Assembly: GCA_964436255.1 (NCBI GenBank)
Contig: CAYTBW010000004.1
Location: 2,685-66,684 of the forward strand
Reading direction: 5' to 3'
Origin: an uncultured Candidatus Saccharibacteria bacterium
GTDB taxonomy: Bacteria; Patescibacteriota; Saccharimonadia; CAILAD01; JADZBC01
Length of the DNA: 64,000 nucleotides
In this document: positions 27,484 to 36,815 of the stretch, piece by piece
Numbering within the stretch: position 1 is the stretch's first letter
Layout: each line of letters opens with the position of its first letter
Position numbers and translations under genes: made by a program
The notes under the pieces: generated by a model
Databases searched by the model: none
Seen by the model: the letters and a program-made list of their open reading frames with translations, nothing else
What the model was told of the DNA's origin: nothing

Positions 27484-29772
27484 TTGGGTATAATGATATC
27501 TATGCATAAGAACAGACTACTGGCGTATGTAATAACGTTAACTTCAATATTGGTAATTGCGGCGACCTTCATAGGGGCATTCACGAGCAATCAGACAGAG
27601 CCGCTAGCAATTGTATGGCGGCCATACATACTTATCCCCCTTTTCTCCGTGGCAGTAAACATTTACCTCCTATACCTTATCCATAAGAGGAGAAAGTCAA
27701 TAAAAGCAGCGCCGTGGATAGGTCTTTTCGTCCTAGGAACACTTGCATGGTCGCTGACAGACCTTGCCTCGTTTGCGGCGGCCAATCAATACACGGCGCT
27801 AATAGCCCGTACAGGCATTCCACTTGCTGAACTTATAGGCATCCCCGCCCTCTTGATGTTTGTTATACAGTACACGAGAGAAGAACCCGAGGATTTAACT
27901 GCCCCTTGGTTTCTCATAGTAGCAGCCACGCTTATAACAACGGTTTTCGCCACTGGGAGTGATTTTTTCTTCATTAGAGAAGCGGCCACACTGGTGCCTC
28001 GAATTTGGGGTTTCGAAATTAAGCTAGGGGAACTTGGGGTGCTCTATCTAGTGTGGTTCCAAGTCTTCACAATAATTATCGCCGGGATACTTATCAGATA
28101 CTACGCAAGGGAGAGAAAGGGTAGAAAAGCTCGGCAAGCTAAATATCTACTTTTGGGAATATTCATACCTATTATAGGCACTACAGTAACGAATGTCCTG
28201 CCCGCATGGTTAGGCTTGCCATTTTATTTGCCTTTAGACAGCCTATTCTTCACTATCATGGGTGTTGTTATGTGCTACGGCATTATCCGTTATAGTCTAT
28301 TTAGTATCAACCCCGCTTCAATCGCCACGAACATCTTAGAAACTATGGCTGAAACGGTGATTGTAGTGGACCCGCAATTCGAACTTGAGTATGCAAATGC
28401 AAACGCTGAGAAGGTTTTTGGGATCAGTAGTAAATCAGCTGCTCGCAATAAAATTGATCGATTCTTTGCGCCTCAGTATTTTTCCCGTATCAAACAATAC
28501 CTAGTTGAAGACCCTCTTCTAAAGACCCCTCGAAAGTTCGAAAACCTTGTGGCAGTCGCACAAGGTACCCACCACATAACACCGGTAGATCTAGCGCTCA
28601 GCTCTATATTGGATGAAAAGGGTAAACTTGCTGGCTATGTATTTGTTATGACCGACATATCCGACCTCAAGCGTGCGTATGCTCAGCTTGCCGAAGAGGA
28701 GCGAAAAATTGAAAAGAAGGTTATCGAGCGGACCGAGCAGCTATACACCGAGCATGCAAAATTAGAAGCGTCTATTGCCAGTTTGCCTGTAGGATTCATA
28801 ATGCTTGATGAGAATATGAAGGTACTGGAGCTCAATAAGGTCGCGCAAGATCTCTTTGAAATTAAAACAAAAACTGGCAAGGCAGTTGAGGCAGTGCTCC
28901 ATAAGCTTGGCGTAAGGGATCAGTTCGAACGAGTCCATGCAGAATGCGAACTTGCCGATATACCCGAACTATTACTAGACAAGAGAACGCTACACCTGAT
29001 CATATCCCCTATTATAGGTAGTAGGAATGACTGCATTGGCAGTGTACTACTTATTGAAGATATCACTAAGCAAAAACTTGCCGAAAAGGAACGTAATGAA
29101 TTCATTGTTACTGCATCACACGAAATGCGAACGCCTCTTACTATTGTTCAAGGGAACCTTGCTAACGCCCTAGACCCAGATATAGCCAAGCTCGATAAGG
29201 ACACCAAGCCCCTCGTACAACAGGCTTACGATTCGACCGCACAACTCGCCGAGCTGTTCACTGACATTATGACCGTCTCAGAAATTGATAATGGCACAGC
29301 GCCGCACTATGAGAACAAGACTGAGTTTGATTATGTAACGGTGATTGACGACGTAATCCGCAGGGTTCGACCAAAGGCGGATGCCAAGAAGCTTGCTCTA
29401 AGCTTCAGTGGGCACGAAAAGAAGATCAACCTAAAAGGCGACCCTAATGAAGTCAAGCAAATCATCACCAAGCTTGCGGACAACGCGATTAAATACACAA
29501 CTAAAGGCTATGTCAGCCTTGAGCTGAAGGAGCACGGCAAGTGGGTGCTGCTTAGTGTCACTGACACGGGAACGGGCATAGAGACCGCTGACCGCAAAAG
29601 ACTCTTCAAAAAATTTGCCCGCCTCGACAACTCCCTGACGCGCGAAATCGGCGGAACTGGCCTAGGCCTCTACATTGCTCAGAGCCTAGCCGCGCGAAAT
29701 AATGGCGAGGTTATCCTCGAACACTCGACCAAGAAGGGCAGTGTATTCACACTAAAGCTACCACTTAAGTAG
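27484..29772 (+). CDS. sensor histidine kinase with a large polytopic N-terminal domain and PAS-like middle region
   Basis: H-box SHEMRTPL. ATPase boxes DNAIKYT, DTGTGI, GGTGLGL. About 260 aa of TM helices at the N-terminus. Start uncertain (TTG 27484, or ATG 27493 or 27502). Confidence 0.85.
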   Translation: MGIMISMHKNRLLAYVITLTSILVIAATFIGAFTSNQTEPLAIVWRPYILIPLFSVAVNIYLLYLIHKRRKSIKAAPWIGLFVLGTLAWSLTDLASFAAANQYTALIARTGIPLAELIGIPALLMFVIQYTREEPEDLTAPWFLIVAATLITTVFATGSDFFFIREAATLVPRIWGFEIKLGELGVLYLVWFQVFTIIIAGILIRYYARERKGRKARQAKYLLLGIFIPIIGTTVTNVLPAWLGLPFYLPLDSLFFTIMGVVMCYGIIRYSLFSINPASIATNILETMAETVIVVDPQFELEYANANAEKVFGISSKSAARNKIDRFFAPQYFSRIKQYLVEDPLLKTPRKFENLVAVAQGTHHITPVDLALSSILDEKGKLAGYVFVMTDISDLKRAYAQLAEEERKIEKKVIERTEQLYTEHAKLEASIASLPVGFIMLDENMKVLELNKVAQDLFEIKTKTGKAVEAVLHKLGVRDQFERVHAECELADIPELLLDKRTLHLIISPIIGSRNDCIGSVLLIEDITKQKLAEKERNEFIVTASHEMRTPLTIVQGNLANALDPDIAKLDKDTKPLVQQAYDSTAQLAELFTDIMTVSEIDNGTAPHYENKTEFDYVTVIDDVIRRVRPKADAKKLALSFSGHEKKINLKGDPNEVKQIITKLADNAIKYTTKGYVSLELKEHGKWVLLSVTDTGTGIETADRKRLFKKFARLDNSLTREIGGTGLGLYIAQSLAARNNGEVILEHSTKKGSVFTLKLPLK

Positions 29773-30976
29773 GGCTATAGTATCTCGTTAGAAAGTCCTG
29801 CTTCAGCCTAAAAAAGCTACCATCGATAAGCGACGCCCGAATATCTGCCACGAGCTGAGTTATAAAATGAAGGTTGTGGATCGAAAGCAACGTAGCCGAG
29901 AGCATCTCTTCTGCTCGCACTAAATGAGAGAGGTATGCCAGGCTATAATTCTGACACGTATAGCATTCACAGCCCTCTATAATCGGTCCCGCCATACGCA
30001 TATACTTTGTATTACTCAAGTTGACTCGCCCATCCCTGGTATATACGGCGCTATTACGGGCGACCCTTGTAGGGCTCACGCAGTCAAAGGTGTCGATGCC
30101 ATTCTCTATTCCCTCGAACAGGTCAATCGGCTCGCCGATACCAAGCAGATGACGCGGCTTGTCTTTAGGCAGCGTTTCACAAACCCAACGCACAGCGGTA
30201 GGCATATCGTCCTTATTAAATGACCCGCCGATACCAAAGCCGTCAAAATCCATACCGCCAATCACCTCGGCTGAGTGCTTGCGTAAATCCTCGTGACGGC
30301 CGCCCTGCACAATGCCAAACAGTGCTTGCGGTGTGGCCTGTGGGCTGCTCGCGCCTAGCTTGCGGTGTTCGGCAAGGCTCCTTGCCGCCCAAGCATGAGT
30401 TCGCTCAAGCGCCTGCTTTTGGTATTCGTAATCGGCTTGGGGGGAAGTGCATTCGTCAAAAGCAAAGATGATGTCCGCGCCCAAATCATGCTGGATCTGC
30501 ATAGACTTTTCTGGTGTTAAGCGGTGCTTGCTCCCATCAATGTGGGAATGGAAGGTTACGCCCTCATCACCGATCTTCATGAGCTGCTTTCCACTTGGGC
30601 GCTTGTCGGGCTGCACTGTATCGTCTCCGCTCGCTACCTTGCTCACGCCCTTGCCATACGCCTCGCCAAGCGAGAATACCTGAAACCCACCAGAGTCGGT
30701 GAAGATTGGGCCGCCCCAATTCATAAACTTGTGCAAGCCACCCATATCGCGCACTATGTCGCTGCCTGGCTTAAGGTAAAGATGATAGGTGTTTGCCAGG
30801 ACGGCCTGGGAACCCAGGTCCTTAACCTGCTCCGGGGCAACTGCCTTAACCGTCGCCTTGGTACCGACAGTTATAAAGGCAGGTGTCTGGATAGTACCGT
30901 GCGGCGTAATAATTTCGCCGGCACGTGCTAATGTGCCGTCCAACTCGCTATGTATGTTAAAGCCAAAATCCTTCAT
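29765..30976 (-). CDS. tgt: tRNA-guanine transglycosylase
   Basis: TPAFITVGT, FTDSGGFQ, DCVSPTR, and zinc site CECYTC. Confidence 0.92.
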   Translation of the reverse strand: MKDFGFNIHSELDGTLARAGEIITPHGTIQTPAFITVGTKATVKAVAPEQVKDLGSQAVLANTYHLYLKPGSDIVRDMGGLHKFMNWGGPIFTDSGGFQVFSLGEAYGKGVSKVASGDDTVQPDKRPSGKQLMKIGDEGVTFHSHIDGSKHRLTPEKSMQIQHDLGADIIFAFDECTSPQADYEYQKQALERTHAWAARSLAEHRKLGASSPQATPQALFGIVQGGRHEDLRKHSAEVIGGMDFDGFGIGGSFNKDDMPTAVRWVCETLPKDKPRHLLGIGEPIDLFEGIENGIDTFDCVSPTRVARNSAVYTRDGRVNLSNTKYMRMAGPIIEGCECYTCQNYSLAYLSHLVRAEEMLSATLLSIHNLHFITQLVADIRASLIDGSFFRLKQDFLTRYYSPT

Positions 30977-30980
30977 AGCA

Positions 30981-32012
30981 CTATGTTATCAGCATACTGT
31001 CGCCATAGCTAAGGAATGCATACCCTTCGTCTAGAGCATGAGTGTAAGCCGCCATGAGCTGATCCCAGCCCGCAAAGGCCGCGGCGAGCATTAGTACCGT
31101 GCTTTTCGGTGCATGGAAGTTAGTTAGCAATGCATCAACCACTCTAAAGTCATAGCCCGGGTAAATGAATATGTCGGCTTCGCCGGTCAAACTCTTTGGT
31201 TCTGAACTATCCAGAAGGTCGTCGCCTACGAACTCGAGCGTCCGTGCCACAGTCGTTCCTAGAGCAACAACACTTTTGCCAGATTGTTTTGCATTACGAA
31301 TTCGCTCCACAGTTTCGACGGGTATTTCAAAGTATTCGCTGTGCATCTTATGCCCCTCTACTTCATTGGACCTGATTGGCAGAAACGTACCGAGGCCGAC
31401 ATGGAGCGTGAGATAACAAATGACCACTCCTTTAGCCATGAGGCTCGCTAATAGCTCCTCTGTCATGTTAAGGGACGCGGTTGGTGCCGCTACAGAACCA
31501 TTTTCCTGGGCGAATACCGTTTGATAGCGTAGTTCGTCGTCGCGAGTAGCATCGCGCTTCATGTAGGGCGGTAAGGGAACCAGTCCTTCGGTATTTGAGA
31601 GCATGTCTAGGTCTTGAGCAGAGTTGATGGTAGCGATACCTCCATCCGCTACCATCTCAACGGTGAGCCTAGTTGGCCCAACGTGCAAAACATCACCAAT
31701 GCTCAAGTGACCACGATACAGAACCTTATGACGATGATTGTCCTCTACCTTGCCGTGTCGTTCTAGCAATACAAGTTCGACTTCCTTGCCAGTGCTGTCA
31801 GTGGCAATAAGCCTCGCCTTGATAACGCGGGTATCGTTCAAAACTAACACGTCACCGGAATTCAACAAATCTGCAAGATCGGCATACCTCTTGTTCCGCA
31901 GGACATTCTGATCCCGCTCAAGCACAAGCAGCCTGGACTCCCCCCTTATAGCCGGGGGGTACTGGGCAATACTTTCCTTGGGTAATATATAACTGTAATC
32001 CGAAATTAGCAT
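30981..32012 (-). CDS. queA: S-adenosylmethionine:tRNA ribosyltransferase-isomerase
   Basis: Typical QueA N-terminus (DYSYILPKESIAQYP) and the PPYM, HVGLGTF and TNFH motifs. Confidence 0.9.
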   Translation of the reverse strand: MLISDYSYILPKESIAQYPPAIRGESRLLVLERDQNVLRNKRYADLADLLNSGDVLVLNDTRVIKARLIATDSTGKEVELVLLERHGKVEDNHRHKVLYRGHLSIGDVLHVGPTRLTVEMVADGGIATINSAQDLDMLSNTEGLVPLPPYMKRDATRDDELRYQTVFAQENGSVAAPTASLNMTEELLASLMAKGVVICYLTLHVGLGTFLPIRSNEVEGHKMHSEYFEIPVETVERIRNAKQSGKSVVALGTTVARTLEFVGDDLLDSSEPKSLTGEADIFIYPGYDFRVVDALLTNFHAPKSTVLMLAAAFAGWDQLMAAYTHALDEGYAFLSYGDSMLIT

Positions 32013-32053
32013 TCAACCATTGTACTTAATTAAGCAGACCATATCCATACGCT

Positions 32054-32079
32054 AATAAACGCCCCGAAAGGCGTTTATT
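32054..32079 (-). terminator. A/U-flanked hairpin AATAAACGCC-ccgaaa-GGCGTTTATT after the cupin gene
   Basis: 10-bp perfect stem. Confidence 0.7.
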
Positions 32080-32101
32080 AAGAATCGTAATGGCTATAGA
32101 G

Positions 32102-32503
32102 CTATTCGTGCTCTGCTGCCTCTGCTGCATCGGCATCAGCCTTTGTTTTGTGTACCGTGCCCTCAGGATGGTGCGCTGGTGAGTAGATAGAGTAGACTTT
32201 CAGTGCCTCGCCGCCGGTATTGGTAATATTGTGCCAAATACCTGCAGGTATGATCACAGCCCAGTCGTCTTCTACATCATAACTTTCACTTAAGTTGTCC
32301 TGGCTCTCGCCAAATTCTACCTTCGCCTTGCCCTGCTCGATCCGAATGAACTGGTCATTGTCCGGGTGAACCTCTAGGCCGATTTCACCGCCCACCTCTA
32401 CGCTCATCACGGTTAATTGACTGTGAGCACCTGTAAAAAGCGCGGCCCTAAAATTCTCGTTCTCTAGTGTTGCCTTTTCAATATCTTCAACCCAACCTAG
32501 CAT
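32102..32503 (-). CDS. cupin-domain protein
   Basis: 133 aa. GLEVHPDNDQFIRIEQG...IPAGIWHNITN two-motif cupin pattern. Confidence 0.75.
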   Translation of the reverse strand: MLGWVEDIEKATLENENFRAALFTGAHSQLTVMSVEVGGEIGLEVHPDNDQFIRIEQGKAKVEFGESQDNLSESYDVEDDWAVIIPAGIWHNITNTGGEALKVYSIYSPAHHPEGTVHKTKADADAAEAAEHE

Positions 32504-32549
32504 ATGGTGTCCTCGTTAACAATTCTATTATACCCCTGTTAGGAGGTGG

Positions 32550-32597
32550 CGGTAAGAGCCCCCGGTAAGGCCAAGCCAAAGGCTCTTACCGGGGGCT
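32550..32597 (-). terminator. two mutually exclusive GC hairpins overlapping the hydrolase stop codon
   Basis: CGGTAAGAGCC (32550-32560) pairs with GGCTCTTACCG (32581-32591). Alternatively AGCCCCCGGTAAG (32557-32569) pairs with CTTACCGGGGGCT (32585-32597). Confidence 0.5.
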
Positions 32598-33326
32598 ATG
32601 ATGCCCAGACGAGTTCGAGGACTCAAGGTCGTCAAACATCTTTTCAACCAAACGCAGTACTGCCCCATGGGAGATGATGGACAAATGATCGGCGATTCCG
32701 TCGACTAGCTGCACTCCATTGCTCCGGCGGAACCCAAGCCTCACGAGCAGAGGATGGAGAACCTTTGGAGCAATCACAATGTTCTCTGCACCCTTCAGTA
32801 CGGATGCAAAGAACGGCAACACGAGCTGGTCAAACAAGCTCATGACGCTGACGATTTCCATCGCCTCCACTTCCTCCACGATTTCCTCGATCGATCGAAG
32901 CTCTCGCAGGAACGGTGAATGTGCCGCCATATTACCAATTGCCGGGAAGGCCTTCAACCAACCTCCGAGGTTCGCCAGGCGTGTGCCGTGATTCGGAGCG
33001 GAAAGCTGTAGGGTTTTGACGGCTCGACTGCCCAGCCGTCGCTTGAGGCCCATGATGTGGCTGCCACCTTGGCTATGCCCGATGAGCACAAACCTTTCCG
33101 CAGGATAATCCTGCAACAACACCGCATGCATTGTATCCAGTGCTGCGTCCATTGGCCCAAGCCCCAATCGCGGGATGGAAAGAATTACAACCGTATACCC
33201 GCGAGTTTCGACTGCGCGCTTGAGGGACCCGTAGACAAACTGGGCGTACCAGTCAGCCACAAAAGTACCAGCGACGATAACGACGACTGTGTTACCCAAG
33301 GGGCAACAACTGCGATGATTCTTCAT
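32586..33326 (-). CDS. alpha/beta hydrolase (lipase/esterase-like, GHSQGG nucleophile elbow), GC-rich segment C
   Basis: Start taken at MKNHRSCC, which is preceded by a GGGGG SD-like run (track start is 23 codons longer). GHSQGG motif. Hand count gives 59 G+C in 33001-33100. Confidence 0.7.
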   Translation of the reverse strand: MKNHRSCCPLGNTVVVIVAGTFVADWYAQFVYGSLKRAVETRGYTVVILSIPRLGLGPMDAALDTMHAVLLQDYPAERFVLIGHSQGGSHIMGLKRRLGSRAVKTLQLSAPNHGTRLANLGGWLKAFPAIGNMAAHSPFLRELRSIEEIVEEVEAMEIVSVMSLFDQLVLPFFASVLKGAENIVIAPKVLHPLLVRLGFRRSNGVQLVDGIADHLSIISHGAVLRLVEKMFDDLESSNSSGHHSPR

Positions 33327-33378
33327 TGTGCCCCCTTTAGGGAGTAGTAGGAACGGACGCGGATGCGTCATACTTGTT

Positions 33379-33406
33379 ATGATACTCAGATTCACCCAAC
33401 TGGCAA
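33379..33406 (-). promoter_or_regulatory. promoter TTGCCA-16-TATCAT for the hydrolase gene
   Basis: The minus strand reads TTGCCAgttgggtgaatctgagTATCAT, directly after the SHOCT-gene terminator. Confidence 0.45.
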
Positions 33407-33416
33407 GCAGAATATG

Positions 33417-33442
33417 AAAAGCCGGCCCACCGGCCGGCTTTT
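33417..33442 (-). terminator. A/U-flanked hairpin AAAAGCCGGCC-cacc-GGCCGGCTTTT
   Basis: 11-bp perfect stem, symmetric. Confidence 0.75.
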
Positions 33443-33461
33443 CTAAATCCTTAGCCTAAAT

Positions 33462-33716
33462 CTATAGACCCAGTAACTGCTTCTTCTTAGCATCAAATTC
33501 TTCTTGGGTAATCACTCCTTGGTCCTTCAGCCCAGCCAATTTCTCTAACTCTGCATACGGGTCACTCGCGCTAGCCTGCGGTGCCTCTGCGGGCTGCTGC
33601 TCTGCTTCCTGAGCTGCCCATTTATTAGCCTGACGTCGTGAAACGTTATTCGAAACGTGAGTAGCGGTACCTGCTACTACAGCTGTCCTGGCCATTCCTC
33701 TTAATAATCCTGGCAT
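33462..33716 (-). CDS. SHOCT-domain protein
   Basis: The C-terminal LEKLAGLKDQGVITQEEFDAKKKQLLGL is the SHOCT motif. Confidence 0.75.
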   Translation of the reverse strand: MPGLLRGMARTAVVAGTATHVSNNVSRRQANKWAAQEAEQQPAEAPQASASDPYAELEKLAGLKDQGVITQEEFDAKKKQLLGL

Positions 33717-33730
33717 AATTTTCTCCTTTC

Positions 33731-34138
33731 TTAACCCTCTAATTCACTAACTGCATCTGGATGGATACGGCCTTCCGCAACCAACACGCCCTTAGCATCA
33801 AGCAAAGCCTTCTTTAGTGGCTTAGCCCATAGTTGCTCGATTACAAGTAGTCCCGCCGTGCAATTATTCTCGACTAAGTCGGCAACTTCATCTATGTCAT
33901 CACTAGCGATGGCTTCGTCGCTTGGCTGGTACTTCTCTACGAAAGCCACCATACTATCATCGCCAGATTCTGCAATGTCGAGCTTAGTCACTGCCCCATC
34001 TGCATCCTTACTTACAACCGCTAGCGCAACTAAACCAATAACGCCTTGTTCAATTGCGTCAGCAAGTGCTTGCATTACGCTTCCATCGAACTTGTTGCCC
34101 TCAAATCCAACAACGATATAATCAATTGGTCCTCTCAT
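33731..34138 (-). CDS. hypothetical acidic protein paired with the SHOCT gene
   Basis: 135 aa. MRGPIDYIVVGFEGNKFDG... No family assigned with confidence. Confidence 0.5.
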   Translation of the reverse strand: MRGPIDYIVVGFEGNKFDGSVMQALADAIEQGVIGLVALAVVSKDADGAVTKLDIAESGDDSMVAFVEKYQPSDEAIASDDIDEVADLVENNCTAGLLVIEQLWAKPLKKALLDAKGVLVAEGRIHPDAVSELEG

Positions 34139-34203
34139 CTTTTGTCTCCTCTTATCCTTCTATTATACACCCGCGAGTCAACCGAGCGTAGAGAGGGCTA
34201 TGC

Positions 34204-35808
34204 CTAAGCGGCCTTCGGGTCCTTAGCCGGAAGGTTTTTGGTTGCGAGCAATCCAAAGAGACTAAGAACACTCAAGAGCACGAACATACCACTCAGAGCA
34301 GCCTGGCGCGTCTCAGCGTTTATGTCGGTTACTGTCTGGGCTGTGCTCGGAGGCAAATCCGCAACGGCCTTCTCGACATCAGCATCACTCAAAATCTGCG
34401 GTTGAGTCTCAATAGCCACCGTAAGCTGTTCTTTTTGCGCCGCATTTAGATCTGGATTTTGTGCGACGAGGCTCGTACCAACACTAATAAATGTTGCGAC
34501 TATAAGTACGCCGCTGATTGCCGTACCAAAGCTTTGGCCCAGGAATTGGAAAGTAGACATTAGACCGGATGTCTCGGCGGAACTTTTTTCATCTACTGAG
34601 TTCTGAACGGTATTTTGAAGCTGCGATGCAATCATCCCCATACCGGCCCCAAATAACGCTAAGCTTGGCAAGAATGCCCATCCGTCTGGATTTTGGTTAG
34701 CTTTGTAGCCAAGCCAAGCGGAACCGAGGAGCATAGAGATGAAGCCAACGCGTACAATCGTCCTGCTCGAAAACTTACCGGTCATTATGCTACCTCTACT
34801 CGCGAGTAGTAAGATTGCCGCAGACAGTGGCAACATTGTAACGCCCGTCTGTATCGCGTTGTAGCCCAACTGCATCTGTAGGTATAAAGACAAGCCGTAC
34901 ATCACTCCACCGAGCAACATCAGCTGGAAGAATATCGTGCCTGTTCCTGAACGAACGACTTTATTCTTGAAGATAGTCATATCGATAAGAGCTGCTTGTC
35001 CATGCTTTTTGCGGCGATTCTGCCAAGCTGCAAAGAACGCGAGCAAACCAAAGCCCAAAATGGCTAGTAGGACTGTTGGCGACACCCCGCCGACAGGTAT
35101 GACCTCCTGACCGCCGTATACTACGGGCTGTCGAGCGATGAATAGGCCGTACTTACTAGCCTGCAAGATTCCCAGGGTAAGAACACTCAAGCCACTAGCG
35201 GACAGAATGGTGCCAACCCAATCAAACGACGTTACCTTTTCTGTCAAAGCAGAATCTTTTATTACTTTGCCCTTAAGCAAAATGTATATCACTACCAACA
35301 CCTCGCCCAAGAATGCTAAACGCCACGTGGCATAAGTTGTCAGCAGCCCACCGACAATCGGGCCTACTGCCGCACCGATTGCACCGATTGCCGCAACCGT
35401 TGCGTAAGCCTTAACTCGCTTTGGTCCACTCGGATAATTGCTAGCAATGAGCGAAAGCATGGCGGGTATCATTAGCGCTGCGCCCAAGCCTTCTAGTAAT
35501 GACCAGCCGAACAATAGCGATAGGAGGCCTTGGCTAATCGCCGTTATGAACGATCCCGTTCCGTAAATGACTACGCCCAGCATGAATGCCTTTTTGCGGC
35601 CTATCATGTCGCCGATTTTTGCTCCCGGTATCATGAAGGCGGCCATGACAAGTGTGTAAAAAGTAATGGCAGTTTGGATTCCTGTCACCGTCGTGTTTAG
35701 ATCTACCACGAGCGTAGAAATAGACACCGTCATTACTGTCGAATCTAGCGTCAGAATGAACTGTGCCATCGCTAACATTATGAGGATCTTCTTCTCTATT
35801 TTGTTCAT
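34204..35808 (-). CDS. MFS transporter, 14-TM drug:H+ antiporter (DHA2/EmrB-QacA-like)
   Basis: 534 aa, many TM helices. GKIGDMIGRKKAF motif after TM2. Confidence 0.8.
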   Translation of the reverse strand: MNKIEKKILIMLAMAQFILTLDSTVMTVSISTLVVDLNTTVTGIQTAITFYTLVMAAFMIPGAKIGDMIGRKKAFMLGVVIYGTGSFITAISQGLLSLLFGWSLLEGLGAALMIPAMLSLIASNYPSGPKRVKAYATVAAIGAIGAAVGPIVGGLLTTYATWRLAFLGEVLVVIYILLKGKVIKDSALTEKVTSFDWVGTILSASGLSVLTLGILQASKYGLFIARQPVVYGGQEVIPVGGVSPTVLLAILGFGLLAFFAAWQNRRKKHGQAALIDMTIFKNKVVRSGTGTIFFQLMLLGGVMYGLSLYLQMQLGYNAIQTGVTMLPLSAAILLLASRGSIMTGKFSSRTIVRVGFISMLLGSAWLGYKANQNPDGWAFLPSLALFGAGMGMIASQLQNTVQNSVDEKSSAETSGLMSTFQFLGQSFGTAISGVLIVATFISVGTSLVAQNPDLNAAQKEQLTVAIETQPQILSDADVEKAVADLPPSTAQTVTDINAETRQAALSGMFVLLSVLSLFGLLATKNLPAKDPKAA

Positions 35809-35896
35809 ACTATACCCGATTTATGAACTCATTATAGCACGCGGCCAATATACTACTCCAAACAAAAAAGACTCAACCGAGTCTAGAGATAATACT

Positions 35897-35971
35897 TGGC
35901 TGGGATGGTAGGGGTCGAACCTACGGTCTCCTGCGCCAGAAGCAGGCGCCTTACCACTTGGCCACATCCCA
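35897..35971 (-). tRNA. tRNA-Gln (anticodon CTG), CCA encoded
   Basis: The reverse complement reads TGGGATGTGGCCAAGTGGTAAGGCGCCTGCTTCTGGCGCAGGAGACCGTAGGTTCGACCCCTACCATCCCAGCCA, with a U1-A72 acceptor pair and anticodon loop TTCTGGC. Confidence 0.9.
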
Positions 35972-36047
35972 GTATCATTCGCGACCCTGAGGCCACGAGA
36001 CATGAGATATTTTACCTGAAAACCGAGCTGATTTCCAGCCCATCAAA

Positions 36048-36815
36048 CTAAACGGTGCGCCGAAACTTCCATATAGCGAGCGGAACTGACACGGCAAGTA
36101 TGCCGATAGCCCAACCCAGCGTTATCCATACCGATGTTAAGTCTCCACCGAACATGAGCGAGCGCGTGGCATTTACAATCTGCGTAACTGGCTGGTTTCG
36201 TGCAAAAACCTGTAGCCATTCGGGCATACTCTGCACCGGCACAAATACAGAGCTAGCAAAAGTAAGTGGGAATACGAACAGGAAGCCCGCGGTCTGCATT
36301 GCCTCGGCGTTGCGTATGAACAGCCCAAGTGCGCCCATCATCCAGGAGAATGCGTAGCTAAAGAAGGCCATGAGTGCCAATGCTGCTACAACATGAGACG
36401 CAGGGGCTGTGGCATCAAAGCCCATCAGAATTCCCACTCCAAATAGGAGTAACAGAACGAAGATAGTGCGCATATTATCACTCGATGTTCGCGCAGCTAA
36501 CACAGCCGAGCGAATTATCGGCAAGCTACGGAAGCGATCGATCGACCCTCGATCAAGATCTTCGATTAAAGCGATAGGGGTCTGCAGGGTTCCGAATATT
36601 GCCGACTGAGCAATAATGCCGGGCAGAAGAAAGTTTATATATGGCCCACTTGTTGCCACGCCAATAGCTCCACCAAAGACGTAGTTAAATAGTGTTAGGA
36701 ACATAATTGGCTGGATGGAAGAGAACACCACAACTTGAGGCGTACGTTTAAAGCGCATCAAGTTGCGCTTCGTCAGCGTCCAAATATCACTAATTCCGAG
36801 GAGTACGGCCTGCAT
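36048..36815 (-). CDS. ABC-2 type transporter permease
   Basis: 255 aa, six TM helices, coupled to the upstream ATPase by a 1-nt overlap. Confidence 0.8.
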   Translation of the reverse strand: MQAVLLGISDIWTLTKRNLMRFKRTPQVVVFSSIQPIMFLTLFNYVFGGAIGVATSGPYINFLLPGIIAQSAIFGTLQTPIALIEDLDRGSIDRFRSLPIIRSAVLAARTSSDNMRTIFVLLLLFGVGILMGFDATAPASHVVAALALMAFFSYAFSWMMGALGLFIRNAEAMQTAGFLFVFPLTFASSVFVPVQSMPEWLQVFARNQPVTQIVNATRSLMFGGDLTSVWITLGWAIGILAVSVPLAIWKFRRTV

